Shown here piece by piece: positions 38,699 to 47,891 of a DNA stretch of 64,000 nt. The notes under the pieces are model-generated. The model did not search any database. It saw nothing but the letters and a program-made list of their open reading frames with translations, and was not told where the DNA came from. How positions within the stretch are numbered: position 1 is the first letter of the stretch; the number at the start of each line of letters is the position of its first letter. Location: the NCBI GenBank assembly GCA_044225365.1, contig JBGAIQ010000016.1, forward strand, positions 32,001 through 96,000. The letters are read 5' to 3'. The position numbers and the translations under genes are program-made. Origin of the DNA: Planctomycetota bacterium (GTDB taxonomy: Bacteria; Planctomycetota; B15-G4; JADJEK01).

Positions 38699-39487
38699 TT
38701 GGACGAGATCACGCGTTCTCAGTTGACCGAGTTGAATCGACGATTCTACGTCGAACACGCGCGTGACTTCGCGGCGACGCGACGAAGGGCGTGGGCGGGT
38801 TGGCGGGAGATCTCGAAGCGAATTCGATCGATTCGGAATTCGACCGCCGACAGCACGCGTCCGCTCTCGATCCTCGACATCGGATGCGGCAACGCCCGAT
38901 TCTTCACGTTCCTTCGCGACGAGGGCATCGGGATCGATCGTTATGTCGGGATCGATGCCTCGAAGGAGATGCTGGACAGCGCGACGAGCGCGATTCACTC
39001 CGATCCGGCGGCGACGCTACTCCATGCCGATGTCCTCGAGCGGCCGCTCGCGACGCTGCTCTCCGAACTGCGGTTCGATCTCGTCGTCCTGTTCGGCGTC
39101 CTTCATCATGTTCCCGGAATGACCGCGCGCCGCGACCTGCTGCGCTCGTGCATTCCGTTCGTTCGCGTCGGCGAAGATCCCGGTTCGATCGTGGTCACCT
39201 TGTGGCGATTCCTCACTCACGACGCGGCGCTCGCTTCGAGGATCGTCCCATTGGAAGACGTCGCCGCGCGAACCGGCATCGCGCTCGATCGCTCAGCACT
39301 GGAACCCGGGGACACGCTGCTGCCTTTTGGCGACGATCCGTCCGCGATCCGGTACGCGCACCACTTCTCCGACGCCGATGCCGAATCGCTGGTCGCGGGC
39401 CTTCCGCTGACGCTCCGAGACTCGTTCACGGCGGACGGCGACGGCGAAGCCAACCGGTACCTCGTCCTCGCGTGCGCTCAGCGGTAG
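38699..39487 (+). CDS. Class I SAM-dependent methyltransferase
   Basis: ILDIGCGNAR, YVGIDASKEML, FDLVVLFGVLHHVP; TTG start after GAGGA is tentative. Confidence 0.85.
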   Translation: MDEITRSQLTELNRRFYVEHARDFAATRRRAWAGWREISKRIRSIRNSTADSTRPLSILDIGCGNARFFTFLRDEGIGIDRYVGIDASKEMLDSATSAIHSDPAATLLHADVLERPLATLLSELRFDLVVLFGVLHHVPGMTARRDLLRSCIPFVRVGEDPGSIVVTLWRFLTHDAALASRIVPLEDVAARTGIALDRSALEPGDTLLPFGDDPSAIRYAHHFSDADAESLVAGLPLTLRDSFTADGDGEANRYLVLACAQR

Positions 39488-40734
39488 AGCAGGTACTTCG
39501 CGCGCCTCTTCCCGAACTCCGCCACCTCGTCCGTGTAGCTCGCCAGGATCGCCTCCGCACTCTCGCCCTTCTTGATCCGCGGCAGCACGTTCGGGTCGCC
39601 CCAATGGATGTTGAAGGCGCGTCCTTCTTCGTACTTCACTTGTCCCGGGTAGAGCTTCTCGAGCGTCGTGAGGAGCGTGAGAGCGGTGCGCAGCGGAAGG
39701 AAGGCGTGCGGATCGCGCACGAGGAGTCGCACGCCGCGCAGAGCCTTGTCCTTGTGGCGCTGATAGAACGGTTTGTAGGAGATGGGAGTGAAACGGACGC
39801 CCGGAAGCGATGCCGCATTCAACGCGCTCGCGAAGCGGTCGGGATCGACGAACTCGGCCGCGCAGGTCTCGAACGGCAGCGTGAAGCCGACGCCTTCGTT
39901 CACGTTCGTCGTGGTGCCTCCGAGCATGCCGGTCGCGACGTAGCAGGTCGCGCTGATCGAGTGCGGGATGTGCGGCGAGGTCTGGACCCAAGTGAGTCCG
40001 GTGTCGTCCCACACCATCTCCCGTTTCCAACCCTCCATCGGGACGACCTCGAGGTCGGCGCCGATCTTCAACTCGGAGTTGAAGAAGCGGGCGATCTCGC
40101 CGACAGTCATGCCATGCGTCACCGGCATCGGGCCCCAGCCAATGAAACTCTTCCACGCCTCGCGAACGAGCGGACCTTCGAAGTGCACGCCCCCGATCGG
40201 ATTCGGTCGATCGAGGACGACGATCTTCTTCTTGGCGTCGGCGGCCGCGTAGAGCGCTTCGCCGAGCGTCGAGATGAAGGTGTAGGTGCGAGAGCCGATG
40301 TCCTGGATGTCGAAGACGAGGACGTCGACCCTCGCGAGCGATTCGGGCGAGGGCCGCTTGCTCTTGCCGTAGAGGCTCTCGACGGGCAGCTTCGTCTTGG
40401 GATCGAGGGTGTCGCCGACCGTGTCGCCGGCATAGGCATCACCGCGGATACCGTGTTCGGGTCCGTAGAGTTGCACCAGTTGGAAGCGCTTGTCCGCGAA
40501 CAAACGATCCGCCGTGGCGACGAGCTCGCCGTCGACGCCCGACGGATTGGTGATGAGCCCGACGCGCTTGCCCGCGAGGACCTTCGCATCCGAGTCGAGC
40601 AGGACGTCGACGCCGAGCTTCACGGGAGAAGGAGCACGAATGCTCGGACGCGCAGACGTGGCGCACGCCGCGGGAGCGAGGACGAGACAGGCGCAGGTCG
40701 CGGCGCGGGACAGGAGCGAAAGGATCGAACTCAT
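39478..40734 (-). CDS. namZ: Exo-beta-N-acetylmuramidase NamZ (DUF1343) family lipoprotein
   Basis: GKRVGLITN, YGPEHG, SLYG, DIQDIGSRTYT, DRPNPIGG, HGMTVGE, SPHIP; ATGA overlap with dacB. Confidence 0.88.
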   Translation of the reverse strand: MSSILSLLSRAATCACLVLAPAACATSARPSIRAPSPVKLGVDVLLDSDAKVLAGKRVGLITNPSGVDGELVATADRLFADKRFQLVQLYGPEHGIRGDAYAGDTVGDTLDPKTKLPVESLYGKSKRPSPESLARVDVLVFDIQDIGSRTYTFISTLGEALYAAADAKKKIVVLDRPNPIGGVHFEGPLVREAWKSFIGWGPMPVTHGMTVGEIARFFNSELKIGADLEVVPMEGWKREMVWDDTGLTWVQTSPHIPHSISATCYVATGMLGGTTTNVNEGVGFTLPFETCAAEFVDPDRFASALNAASLPGVRFTPISYKPFYQRHKDKALRGVRLLVRDPHAFLPLRTALTLLTTLEKLYPGQVKYEEGRAFNIHWGDPNVLPRIKKGESAEAILASYTDEVAEFGKRRAKYLLYR

Positions 40735-42272
40735 GGTGACGGTCCTTCGCTTCTCTTCGGCGCATTTGCGCGGTTCGATCCATCGGTGTCGGGGCGAACG
40801 ACGACGAGTTGCTCGGCGAGCGCATCGATCCTCGCCCGCCAATTCGCGGCGGGCCCGACGTATTGGCCGGCGAGGATCGCGAACGCGTTGCGCGCACCGT
40901 CGTCGCTCTCGGCATATCCCGCGAGGGCAGAGACGCCGGCGAGCGTTCCGGTCTTCGCCGCGATGTGTCCGCGAGCCGGCGACTCCGTGAAGCGATGGGC
41001 AAGCGTCCCGTCCTCCCCGGCGATGGGCAGCATCGCGCGGAACGATTCGAACGTATCGCGACTTCCCATGTCCGCGAGTACCGCGACGAGGAGGTCGGCG
41101 GTGATGGCGTCGTAGAACGAGAGTCCGCAGCCGTCGACGATACGGAAGTCATCGGGATGGAATCCGAGGCGCGTGATGTAGAGGCTCACGAACTGGAGGC
41201 CCTCGCTCGCGGTCACGGCCGGCTGTCGGTGTTGCGGCTCGGCGAGGGTGGGAAGGAGGCGCAGGATGCACTCCGCGGCGAGATTGTCCGAGGTCTTCAG
41301 CATCCGCGTGAGGATCTCGGCGTAGCTGCGCTCGACGCGCGCCACTTCCGTGTACGAGCCCTCGTCCGCCGTGCGCGGGTCGATGCGCGAGATCTTCAAG
41401 GGCATAGCGGCGGGGCGATCCTTGTCCGCGATCGAGCCGAAGACGTCGGCGGTGAAGAGGTCGGGATCGGGAACCGAGAGCGTCGTCTCGGCATGTCCGG
41501 CGGGAGCGATCGAACCCGCGAGGTGCAGTACGCGACGGTTCCCGAAGATCTCGCGGGTGATCGTCACATCGGTGTTCGCACCGAGAGGCGCATTCTCGAG
41601 CGCCGCGTCGAGCTGGAAGTGATGGATCGCGGGCGGGTCGAAGGCGATCGTCGGATCCGAATCGGGTTTCGCGTCCCGTGCGACTTTCACGGCGACGGCG
41701 CCGCTCGCGAGGGTGAGCGCGGACACGTACGGCATGTAGGCGCCGGGTTCGTCGTCCCACATCCAGCCCGTCCCGAAGGGCGGCGGCGAGAACGCACCGG
41801 AGTCGACACGGATCTCGTCGTCGACGACGACGCCTTCCTTGCTCGCCTGCGCCCAGAGATCCTCGAGGTCGGCCTTCGAGAGGAAGGGATCGCCGCCGCC
41901 CTGCAGGACGAGCGCCGTTCCGTTCCTCTCACGAAGGAGTCGTGTCGCGACCTTTGGTTGGCGCGAGGGATCGAGTGCTCCGAGGTCGATCGCCGTCGCG
42001 GCGAGCACGAGCTTCAGCGAAGACGCGGGGTGCATTCGCAGCGACGAGTTGCGCGCGATACGGGGCAAGGCGGCCAACTTGGAATCGCTTCCGGCACGCA
42101 GCGGCAACACTGCGACGCAGAGGGTCGTGGACGGGTCGTCCGCGGTGCATTGCGCGATCGCCGCCAGAAAACGCTCTTCCTGCGACGGCGGCGTCAGAAG
42201 GGAGCAACCTGCGATCGACGCGATCAGGACGACGGTCGTCGCGAAGCAGACCGCGCGTGGGGGCCGTTTCAT
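40731..42272 (-). CDS. dacB: D-alanyl-D-alanine carboxypeptidase/endopeptidase (PBP4, peptidase S13), lipoprotein
   Basis: SxxK (PASSLK), GGGDPFL, GTGWMWDD, SDN, DGCGLS, KTGTL; lipobox IAGC. Confidence 0.9.
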   Translation of the reverse strand: MKRPPRAVCFATTVVLIASIAGCSLLTPPSQEERFLAAIAQCTADDPSTTLCVAVLPLRAGSDSKLAALPRIARNSSLRMHPASSLKLVLAATAIDLGALDPSRQPKVATRLLRERNGTALVLQGGGDPFLSKADLEDLWAQASKEGVVVDDEIRVDSGAFSPPPFGTGWMWDDEPGAYMPYVSALTLASGAVAVKVARDAKPDSDPTIAFDPPAIHHFQLDAALENAPLGANTDVTITREIFGNRRVLHLAGSIAPAGHAETTLSVPDPDLFTADVFGSIADKDRPAAMPLKISRIDPRTADEGSYTEVARVERSYAEILTRMLKTSDNLAAECILRLLPTLAEPQHRQPAVTASEGLQFVSLYITRLGFHPDDFRIVDGCGLSFYDAITADLLVAVLADMGSRDTFESFRAMLPIAGEDGTLAHRFTESPARGHIAAKTGTLAGVSALAGYAESDDGARNAFAILAGQYVGPAANWRARIDALAEQLVVVRPDTDGSNRANAPKRSEGPSP

Positions 42273-42425
42273 TCGAGGCAGAGTACCGCTTGGAGCGGTG
42301 GCTTCAACGGGCGCATCGGCGACTTGCCTTTGCCTTGGGACCTGCCGAGCGTTTCCTTGCCCTGCAGGGGTTCGATCGCTTGCATCGCGCAGAGTCACCC
42401 TTTGGCCGCAGCGATTCGAGGCGTC

Positions 42426-44615
42426 ATGTCCCGCATTCCCCTTCTCGCCCTCTGGACCCTGGGAGTCCTCGTCGTGTCGCAGAAACCCGCTTTCGGCCAG
42501 GGCGGCCCGCCCGCGTCGGCGCTCGACGAAGCCGCCGCGCGTCTCCACGTCACTCCTGCGGACGTGCCGGTCCGCGCCCTCAGCGCGAGCCGCGCGTTCC
42601 TCGGACTGACCGACAAGGAGAAGTGGTACGCCTACTGGATGTCGCAAGCCGCGTGGCGCGGAGCGCCGATCGTGTGCGCCCAGGTCTCGCCGGAATCGCC
42701 TCTCCTCTTCGAATTTCTGCTGCGCGTCTACTCCGTCCATCCGCAGGCGCTGCGCATCGAGGCCAATCGCGCCGGGATCTCCGACGGCGAGCTCTCGCAG
42801 CTCGACGACTACGCCGCGCGGTTCTTCTCGAATCTCGGCAACTACCTCGAGTTCGGCGACACCAAGTTCGTTCCTGCGCTTCCGGTCGAGCGTCTCGAAG
42901 CGATCGTCTCGATCGCCGCGCGCCTTCAGGGCCAAGGCAGCCAATCGGCGATGCTCGGAATGTTCGGCGCGTTGAAGCAGAAGATCTACTCGCTCGATCC
43001 CAAGGAGCGGCTGCTCGCGATGCCGGGCGAGGGTGTCACGGGTTACTACGGGCCCGACGTCACGAGCGATGACGTCGCCTTCGTCGGTCGCTACCTCGAG
43101 TCGAAGAAGATCGAGGCGTGGAACACGCGCATCACGATGCAGCCCGCAGGCAAGGACCCGGGCGCGCCGAAGATCGTCAAGATCCAGATCGCGTCGGTCA
43201 ACCGCTCGGAAGTGCGTGACACCTTCGAGGGCCGCCCCGTTTTGATCGGGTACGGCGATCACAGCGAGATCCTGAAGGGCGTCGTCGATGCGCTCGTCCA
43301 TGCGAAGGAGTTCGCGGCGAACGATCTCGAGCGGCAGATGATCGACCGTTACATCGCGCATTTCCAGGAGGGTCACATCGATCTCCACAAGGATGCGATG
43401 CGATTCTGGGTGAAGGACGTCGGACCTTCCGTCGAGACGAATCTCGGCTTCATCGAAACCTATCGCGATCCCGCGAAGGTGCGCGCCGAATGGGAAGGAC
43501 TCGTCGCCGTCGTCGATCGCGAGCAGAGCGCCGTCCTCGGGAAACTCGTCGACGCGGCACCCGCGCTGATCCCGCTCCTTCCGTGGTCGAAGGAGTTCGA
43601 GAAGGACGCCTTCCAGAGGCCCGATTTCACGTCGCTCGAAGTCGTCGCGTTCGCGAATGCCGGCATTCCCGCCGGGATCAATATCCCGAACTACGACGAC
43701 ATCCGCATGACCCTTGGATTCAAGAACGTGAGCCTCGGGAACGTGCTCGCTGCGGGAGCGGGATCGAACGAGCGCGTCGAGTTCATCCGCGACGACGACC
43801 AGGAGCTGTTTCGCAAGTACCGCAAGGAGGCGTTCGACGTGCAAGTTGGATTGCACGAACTCCTCGGCCACGGATCCGGCAAGTTGCTCTCGGAGGAGTC
43901 TCCCGGGAAGTTCAATTTCGACCGCAGTGTCGTGAATCCGCTGACGAATGCGCCGGTCGCCACCTGGTATCAGCCCGGGCAGACCTGGAACAGCGTCTTC
44001 GGCAAGATCTCGACGTCCTACGAGGAGTGTCGCGCCGAAGCAGTGGGACTCTACCTGTGCACGCATCCCGACGTGATGAGGGTGTTCGGGCACACGGGTC
44101 AGGAAGCCTCCGACATCGCCTACATCAACTGGCTGCTCATGGCTCGGGCCGGGCTCGATGCGCTTTCCTACTACGACGCGAAGTCGAACACGTTCGGGCA
44201 GTCGCACATGCAGGCGCGCTACGTCCTGCTCAGCGTCATGCTGAAAGCGGGGGGCGGGTTGCTCACGATCGAGCAGGACTCCCAAGGTCGCTACGTCGCG
44301 AACCTCGATCGCAGCAAGATCGAGTCGATCGGGCGACCCGCGATCGGTGAGTTCCTGAAGAAGCTCGGGATCTACAAGGCGATCGCCGACGCCGCAGCCG
44401 GGCAGGCGCTCTACAAGGAACACAGCGAGGTCGGCGCGGCCGCGCTCGCCATCCGCGAGTTCGCGCTGAAGGTGAAGAAGCCCCGCCATATCTGGGTGCA
44501 GCCCGTGCTCGATGCGTCGCCCGGCGGCGTCGTCCTTCGCGAGTACCCGGCGACGGATCGCGGAGTGATCGACTCGTTCGTCGATCGCTTCGGCGCTCTG
44601 GGTCGCGGTCGCTGA
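42426..44615 (+). CDS. Dipeptidyl peptidase III (peptidase family M49) with signal peptide
   Basis: GFIETYRDP, GIPAGINIPNYDDIR, GFKNVSLGNV, HELLGH (43854-43871), EECRAE, HMQAR. Confidence 0.93.
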   Translation: MSRIPLLALWTLGVLVVSQKPAFGQGGPPASALDEAAARLHVTPADVPVRALSASRAFLGLTDKEKWYAYWMSQAAWRGAPIVCAQVSPESPLLFEFLLRVYSVHPQALRIEANRAGISDGELSQLDDYAARFFSNLGNYLEFGDTKFVPALPVERLEAIVSIAARLQGQGSQSAMLGMFGALKQKIYSLDPKERLLAMPGEGVTGYYGPDVTSDDVAFVGRYLESKKIEAWNTRITMQPAGKDPGAPKIVKIQIASVNRSEVRDTFEGRPVLIGYGDHSEILKGVVDALVHAKEFAANDLERQMIDRYIAHFQEGHIDLHKDAMRFWVKDVGPSVETNLGFIETYRDPAKVRAEWEGLVAVVDREQSAVLGKLVDAAPALIPLLPWSKEFEKDAFQRPDFTSLEVVAFANAGIPAGINIPNYDDIRMTLGFKNVSLGNVLAAGAGSNERVEFIRDDDQELFRKYRKEAFDVQVGLHELLGHGSGKLLSEESPGKFNFDRSVVNPLTNAPVATWYQPGQTWNSVFGKISTSYEECRAEAVGLYLCTHPDVMRVFGHTGQEASDIAYINWLLMARAGLDALSYYDAKSNTFGQSHMQARYVLLSVMLKAGGGLLTIEQDSQGRYVANLDRSKIESIGRPAIGEFLKKLGIYKAIADAAAGQALYKEHSEVGAAALAIREFALKVKKPRHIWVQPVLDASPGGVVLREYPATDRGVIDSFVDRFGALGRGR

Positions 44616-44662
44616 CCGACGCGATTCGCCCGCCGGCACGTCAGGAAGCACTGGAGACGGAC

Positions 44663-46786
44663 TTGGACTCGAAGACGGAATTCGCCCGCTTGCTGCATTC
44701 CACGATGACCTCGTTGTTCGGTTCCGCACCGAGCGTCGAGGAGATCGCAGCCGGCATCCAGGTGCCGAAGGAACTGAAGAACGGCGATCTCGCCTGGCCC
44801 TGCTTCCCGCTTGCGAAGGCACTGAAGCGTCCGCCTCCCGCGATCGCGCAGGAGATCGCGGTCGCAGCGAAGTCTGCTCTCGACGACAAGTTCTCCAAGG
44901 TGGAGGCGGCCGGCGGATACCTGAATGCCTACGTCGACAAGGCCGCGGGTTTCGGCGCGCTCGTTCCCCGCATCCTGAACGGTGATTTCCTCGCTCCTCG
45001 TGCGCCACGTGGCGAGCGGGTGATGATCGAGTACAGCCAGCCGAACACTCACAAGGTGTTCCACGTCGGGCATACGCGCAACGTATCGCTCGGTGATGCT
45101 CTCGTTCGCATCCATCGTTTCATGGGTGGAGACGTCGTTGCGGCCAACTACATCGGCGACGTGGGAACCCACATCGCGAAGTGCCTGTGGTACTTCACGA
45201 CGCAGTACGACCGCAGCAAGGGCGTGCCCGAGAAGAACCGCGGCGCGTTCCTCGGCTCGATGTACGCGGAGGCCGACCGTCTCCTCGACCTCTCGACGAT
45301 GACGCGCGCGCCGCATCCGGGCGTCGTCACGGTTCGCGTTCTCGATCTCGCAGTCCATCCGCAGGAGCCGAAGTGGAAGGTCGCCCGCATCGAGACGAAG
45401 GATGCGGGTGAGAAGACCGTGGTGTGCGGCGGGCACACCTACGCGGCGGGCGATGTGGTCGCCTACGCGAAGCCGGGCACGCGCCTGCAGAAGCGTCGCA
45501 TCGAGGTCGCGGAGCGCGGCGGCATCCTCTCCGAAGGCATGATCTGCGGCGAGGGCGAGGTCTCTCTCGGGGACGACGTGCAGAAGATCGTCGTGTTGCC
45601 GCCGGGCACCCCGCTTGGAGTGGAGATCGCGGAACTGTTCCGAATCGAGGGAGCGGTGCCACGCGATCGCTCCGTGCTCGCGACCTGGAACGAACGGAAC
45701 GATGGCGTGCGCGGCGTGCTTCAGGCGCTCGAACGCGGCGAACCCGAGATCACGAAGCTGTGGCAGGAGACGCGGAAGTGGTCGCTCGATGAGTTCGAGC
45801 AGATCTATCAGTGGCTCGATTCCCCCTTCGATCACTTCTTCTACGAGTCCGAGGTCGGCGACGAGGGCAAGGAGATCGTCCTCGAGGAGTACTCGAAAGG
45901 ACGACTCGTCAAATCCGAGGGCGCGATCGGAGCGGATCTCGCCGAGTTCGGGCTGCCGTTCTTCATGCTCCTCAAGAGCGATGGTACGGGACTCTATTCG
46001 ACGAAGGACATCGCGCTCGCGAAGCTGAAGTTCGATCGGTTCAAGATCGATCGCTCGGTCTATGTCGTCGATGTGAGCCAATCCCTGCACTTCCAGCAGG
46101 TGTTCGCCACGCTGAAGAAGCTCGGGTACGAGCAGGCGAAGAAGTGTCATCACCTCGCCTATGGGATGGTCGTCCTCCCCGACGGGAAGATGAGCAGTCG
46201 CAAGGGCAACGTGATCCCGTTCGCCGAACTGAAGGATCAGCTCGCCAAGTACATCCGCTCGAAGTACCTCGACAAGCAGATCGGCGAGCTCGGCGAGGCC
46301 GAGATCGTGGAGACGGCCCGTCGCATCGTGATCGCCACGATCAAGTACGGGATGCTGAACCAGGACAACAACAAGAACATCGTCTTCGACCTCGAGGAGT
46401 GGACCGCGCCGACCGGGAATACCGGTCCTTATCTGCTCTACGCCTATGCCCGAACGCGTTCGATCCTGCGCGAGCTCGGCGGCTACTCGATCGCCGCGGC
46501 CGACTGGTCGTTGCTCGTCGACGAATCGGAGCTCGAACTGCTGAAGACCCTGCAGAAGTTCGACAAAGTGGTGGCCGAGGCGGCCGAGCAGTACCTGCCG
46601 CAGTTGCTGTGCATCTATCTCTACGGACTCGCGCGCGATTTCAGTCGGATGTACATGAGTTGCCCGGTGCTGAAGGCCGAGCCTTTGGGACTGCGGGCCG
46701 CGCGAGCAGCCCTCGTCGACGCGGCGGGGCGCGTTCTTTCCGCCGGACTTCAGCTCCTCGGTATCAAAACCGTGGAGCGAATGTGA
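44663..46786 (+). CDS. argS: Arginine--tRNA ligase with inserted tRNA-binding OB-fold
   Basis: EYSQPNTHKVFHVGH (HIGH), KSDGTGLYSTKDIA, KMSSRKGN, GNTGPYLLYAYAR, DALR-type anticodon domain; TTG start after GGAG. Confidence 0.93.
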   Translation: MDSKTEFARLLHSTMTSLFGSAPSVEEIAAGIQVPKELKNGDLAWPCFPLAKALKRPPPAIAQEIAVAAKSALDDKFSKVEAAGGYLNAYVDKAAGFGALVPRILNGDFLAPRAPRGERVMIEYSQPNTHKVFHVGHTRNVSLGDALVRIHRFMGGDVVAANYIGDVGTHIAKCLWYFTTQYDRSKGVPEKNRGAFLGSMYAEADRLLDLSTMTRAPHPGVVTVRVLDLAVHPQEPKWKVARIETKDAGEKTVVCGGHTYAAGDVVAYAKPGTRLQKRRIEVAERGGILSEGMICGEGEVSLGDDVQKIVVLPPGTPLGVEIAELFRIEGAVPRDRSVLATWNERNDGVRGVLQALERGEPEITKLWQETRKWSLDEFEQIYQWLDSPFDHFFYESEVGDEGKEIVLEEYSKGRLVKSEGAIGADLAEFGLPFFMLLKSDGTGLYSTKDIALAKLKFDRFKIDRSVYVVDVSQSLHFQQVFATLKKLGYEQAKKCHHLAYGMVVLPDGKMSSRKGNVIPFAELKDQLAKYIRSKYLDKQIGELGEAEIVETARRIVIATIKYGMLNQDNNKNIVFDLEEWTAPTGNTGPYLLYAYARTRSILRELGGYSIAAADWSLLVDESELELLKTLQKFDKVVAEAAEQYLPQLLCIYLYGLARDFSRMYMSCPVLKAEPLGLRAARAALVDAAGRVLSAGLQLLGIKTVERM

Positions 46787-46799
46787 CGACAAGAGACCG

Positions 46800-47891
46800 A
46801 TGACTGGTCCCGAAGTCCTGATCCTGAAGACGGCCGCGCTCGGTGACGTGCTGCGCACGACATCGATCCTCCCGGGCATCCATGTCGCGCTGCCAGCGCC
46901 GCGAGTCACGTGGCTCACCGCACCGGCGGCCGCGCCCCTCGTCCGGGGACATCGGCTCGTGGCCGAAGTGCTCGCGGTCGATACCAAGGACCTCGCGACG
47001 ATGGACGAGACCCGACGCCGGCTCACGGCGAACGGTCGGCGATTCTCGTGGGTGATCTCGCTCGATGACGAGGAGCCGCTGTGCCGGCTCGCGAGCGTGA
47101 TCGAGAAGGAACGACTCTCCGGTGCGTTCCTCGACGGCGACGTCCGAACCTACACGGAAGACGTCGAACCCTGGTTCGGGATGGGGCTCCTCGCGAAGGC
47201 GGGCAAGGCGGTCGCCGATCGGCGCAAGATCGAGAACACCCGCACTCATCCCGAGATCCTGGCGACGATGCTCGGACTCTCGCCGGGCAAGCCCGAGTAC
47301 CCGCTCGCACCGAAGGCCGTGCAGCGCGCCACGGCGATCGCGGGGAAACTCGACTTCGAGCGGGGCGGCGCACTCATCGGGCTGAACACGGGCGCCGGCA
47401 GCCGGTGGAAGACGAAGGAACTGCGGATCGAAGAACTGCTCGAAATCGTTACGGTGTTGCACGCAAAGTACCGTGGCGAGGTGACGTTCGTGCTCCTCGG
47501 GGGGCGCGACGAGGGCGAACGCAACGCGGAGATCGCACGACGCTTCGCGGCATTACCGACGAAACCGCGATTCGTGGACGCGGGCGGTGACAATTCGCTC
47601 GACGAGTTCGCGGCGATCGTCGCGCGACTCGATCTCCTCCTGACGAGCGATTCGCTCGCCATGCACATCGCGATCGCGCGAGACGTGCCGCTCGTCGTGT
47701 TCTTCGCGCCGACCTCGGCGGCCGAGATCGAGCTGTATGGACTCGGTGAGAAGGTCTGGAGCACTGCGCCGGACTACTGCTCGTATCGGATCGACGCCGA
47801 CAACTCGACGATCACGGCCGCGCGACTTCTCCCCGCGATCGAGCGAACGCTTTCGCGATTTCCACCCGCGCGGTCGTCCGCCTCCGCGTGA
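46800..47891 (+). CDS. Glycosyltransferase family 9 (heptosyltransferase-like)
   Basis: LILKTAALGDVLRT, GLNTGAGSRWKTK, LTSDSLAMHIAIA, FAPTS. Confidence 0.88.
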   Translation: MTGPEVLILKTAALGDVLRTTSILPGIHVALPAPRVTWLTAPAAAPLVRGHRLVAEVLAVDTKDLATMDETRRRLTANGRRFSWVISLDDEEPLCRLASVIEKERLSGAFLDGDVRTYTEDVEPWFGMGLLAKAGKAVADRRKIENTRTHPEILATMLGLSPGKPEYPLAPKAVQRATAIAGKLDFERGGALIGLNTGAGSRWKTKELRIEELLEIVTVLHAKYRGEVTFVLLGGRDEGERNAEIARRFAALPTKPRFVDAGGDNSLDEFAAIVARLDLLLTSDSLAMHIAIARDVPLVVFFAPTSAAEIELYGLGEKVWSTAPDYCSYRIDADNSTITAARLLPAIERTLSRFPPARSSASA

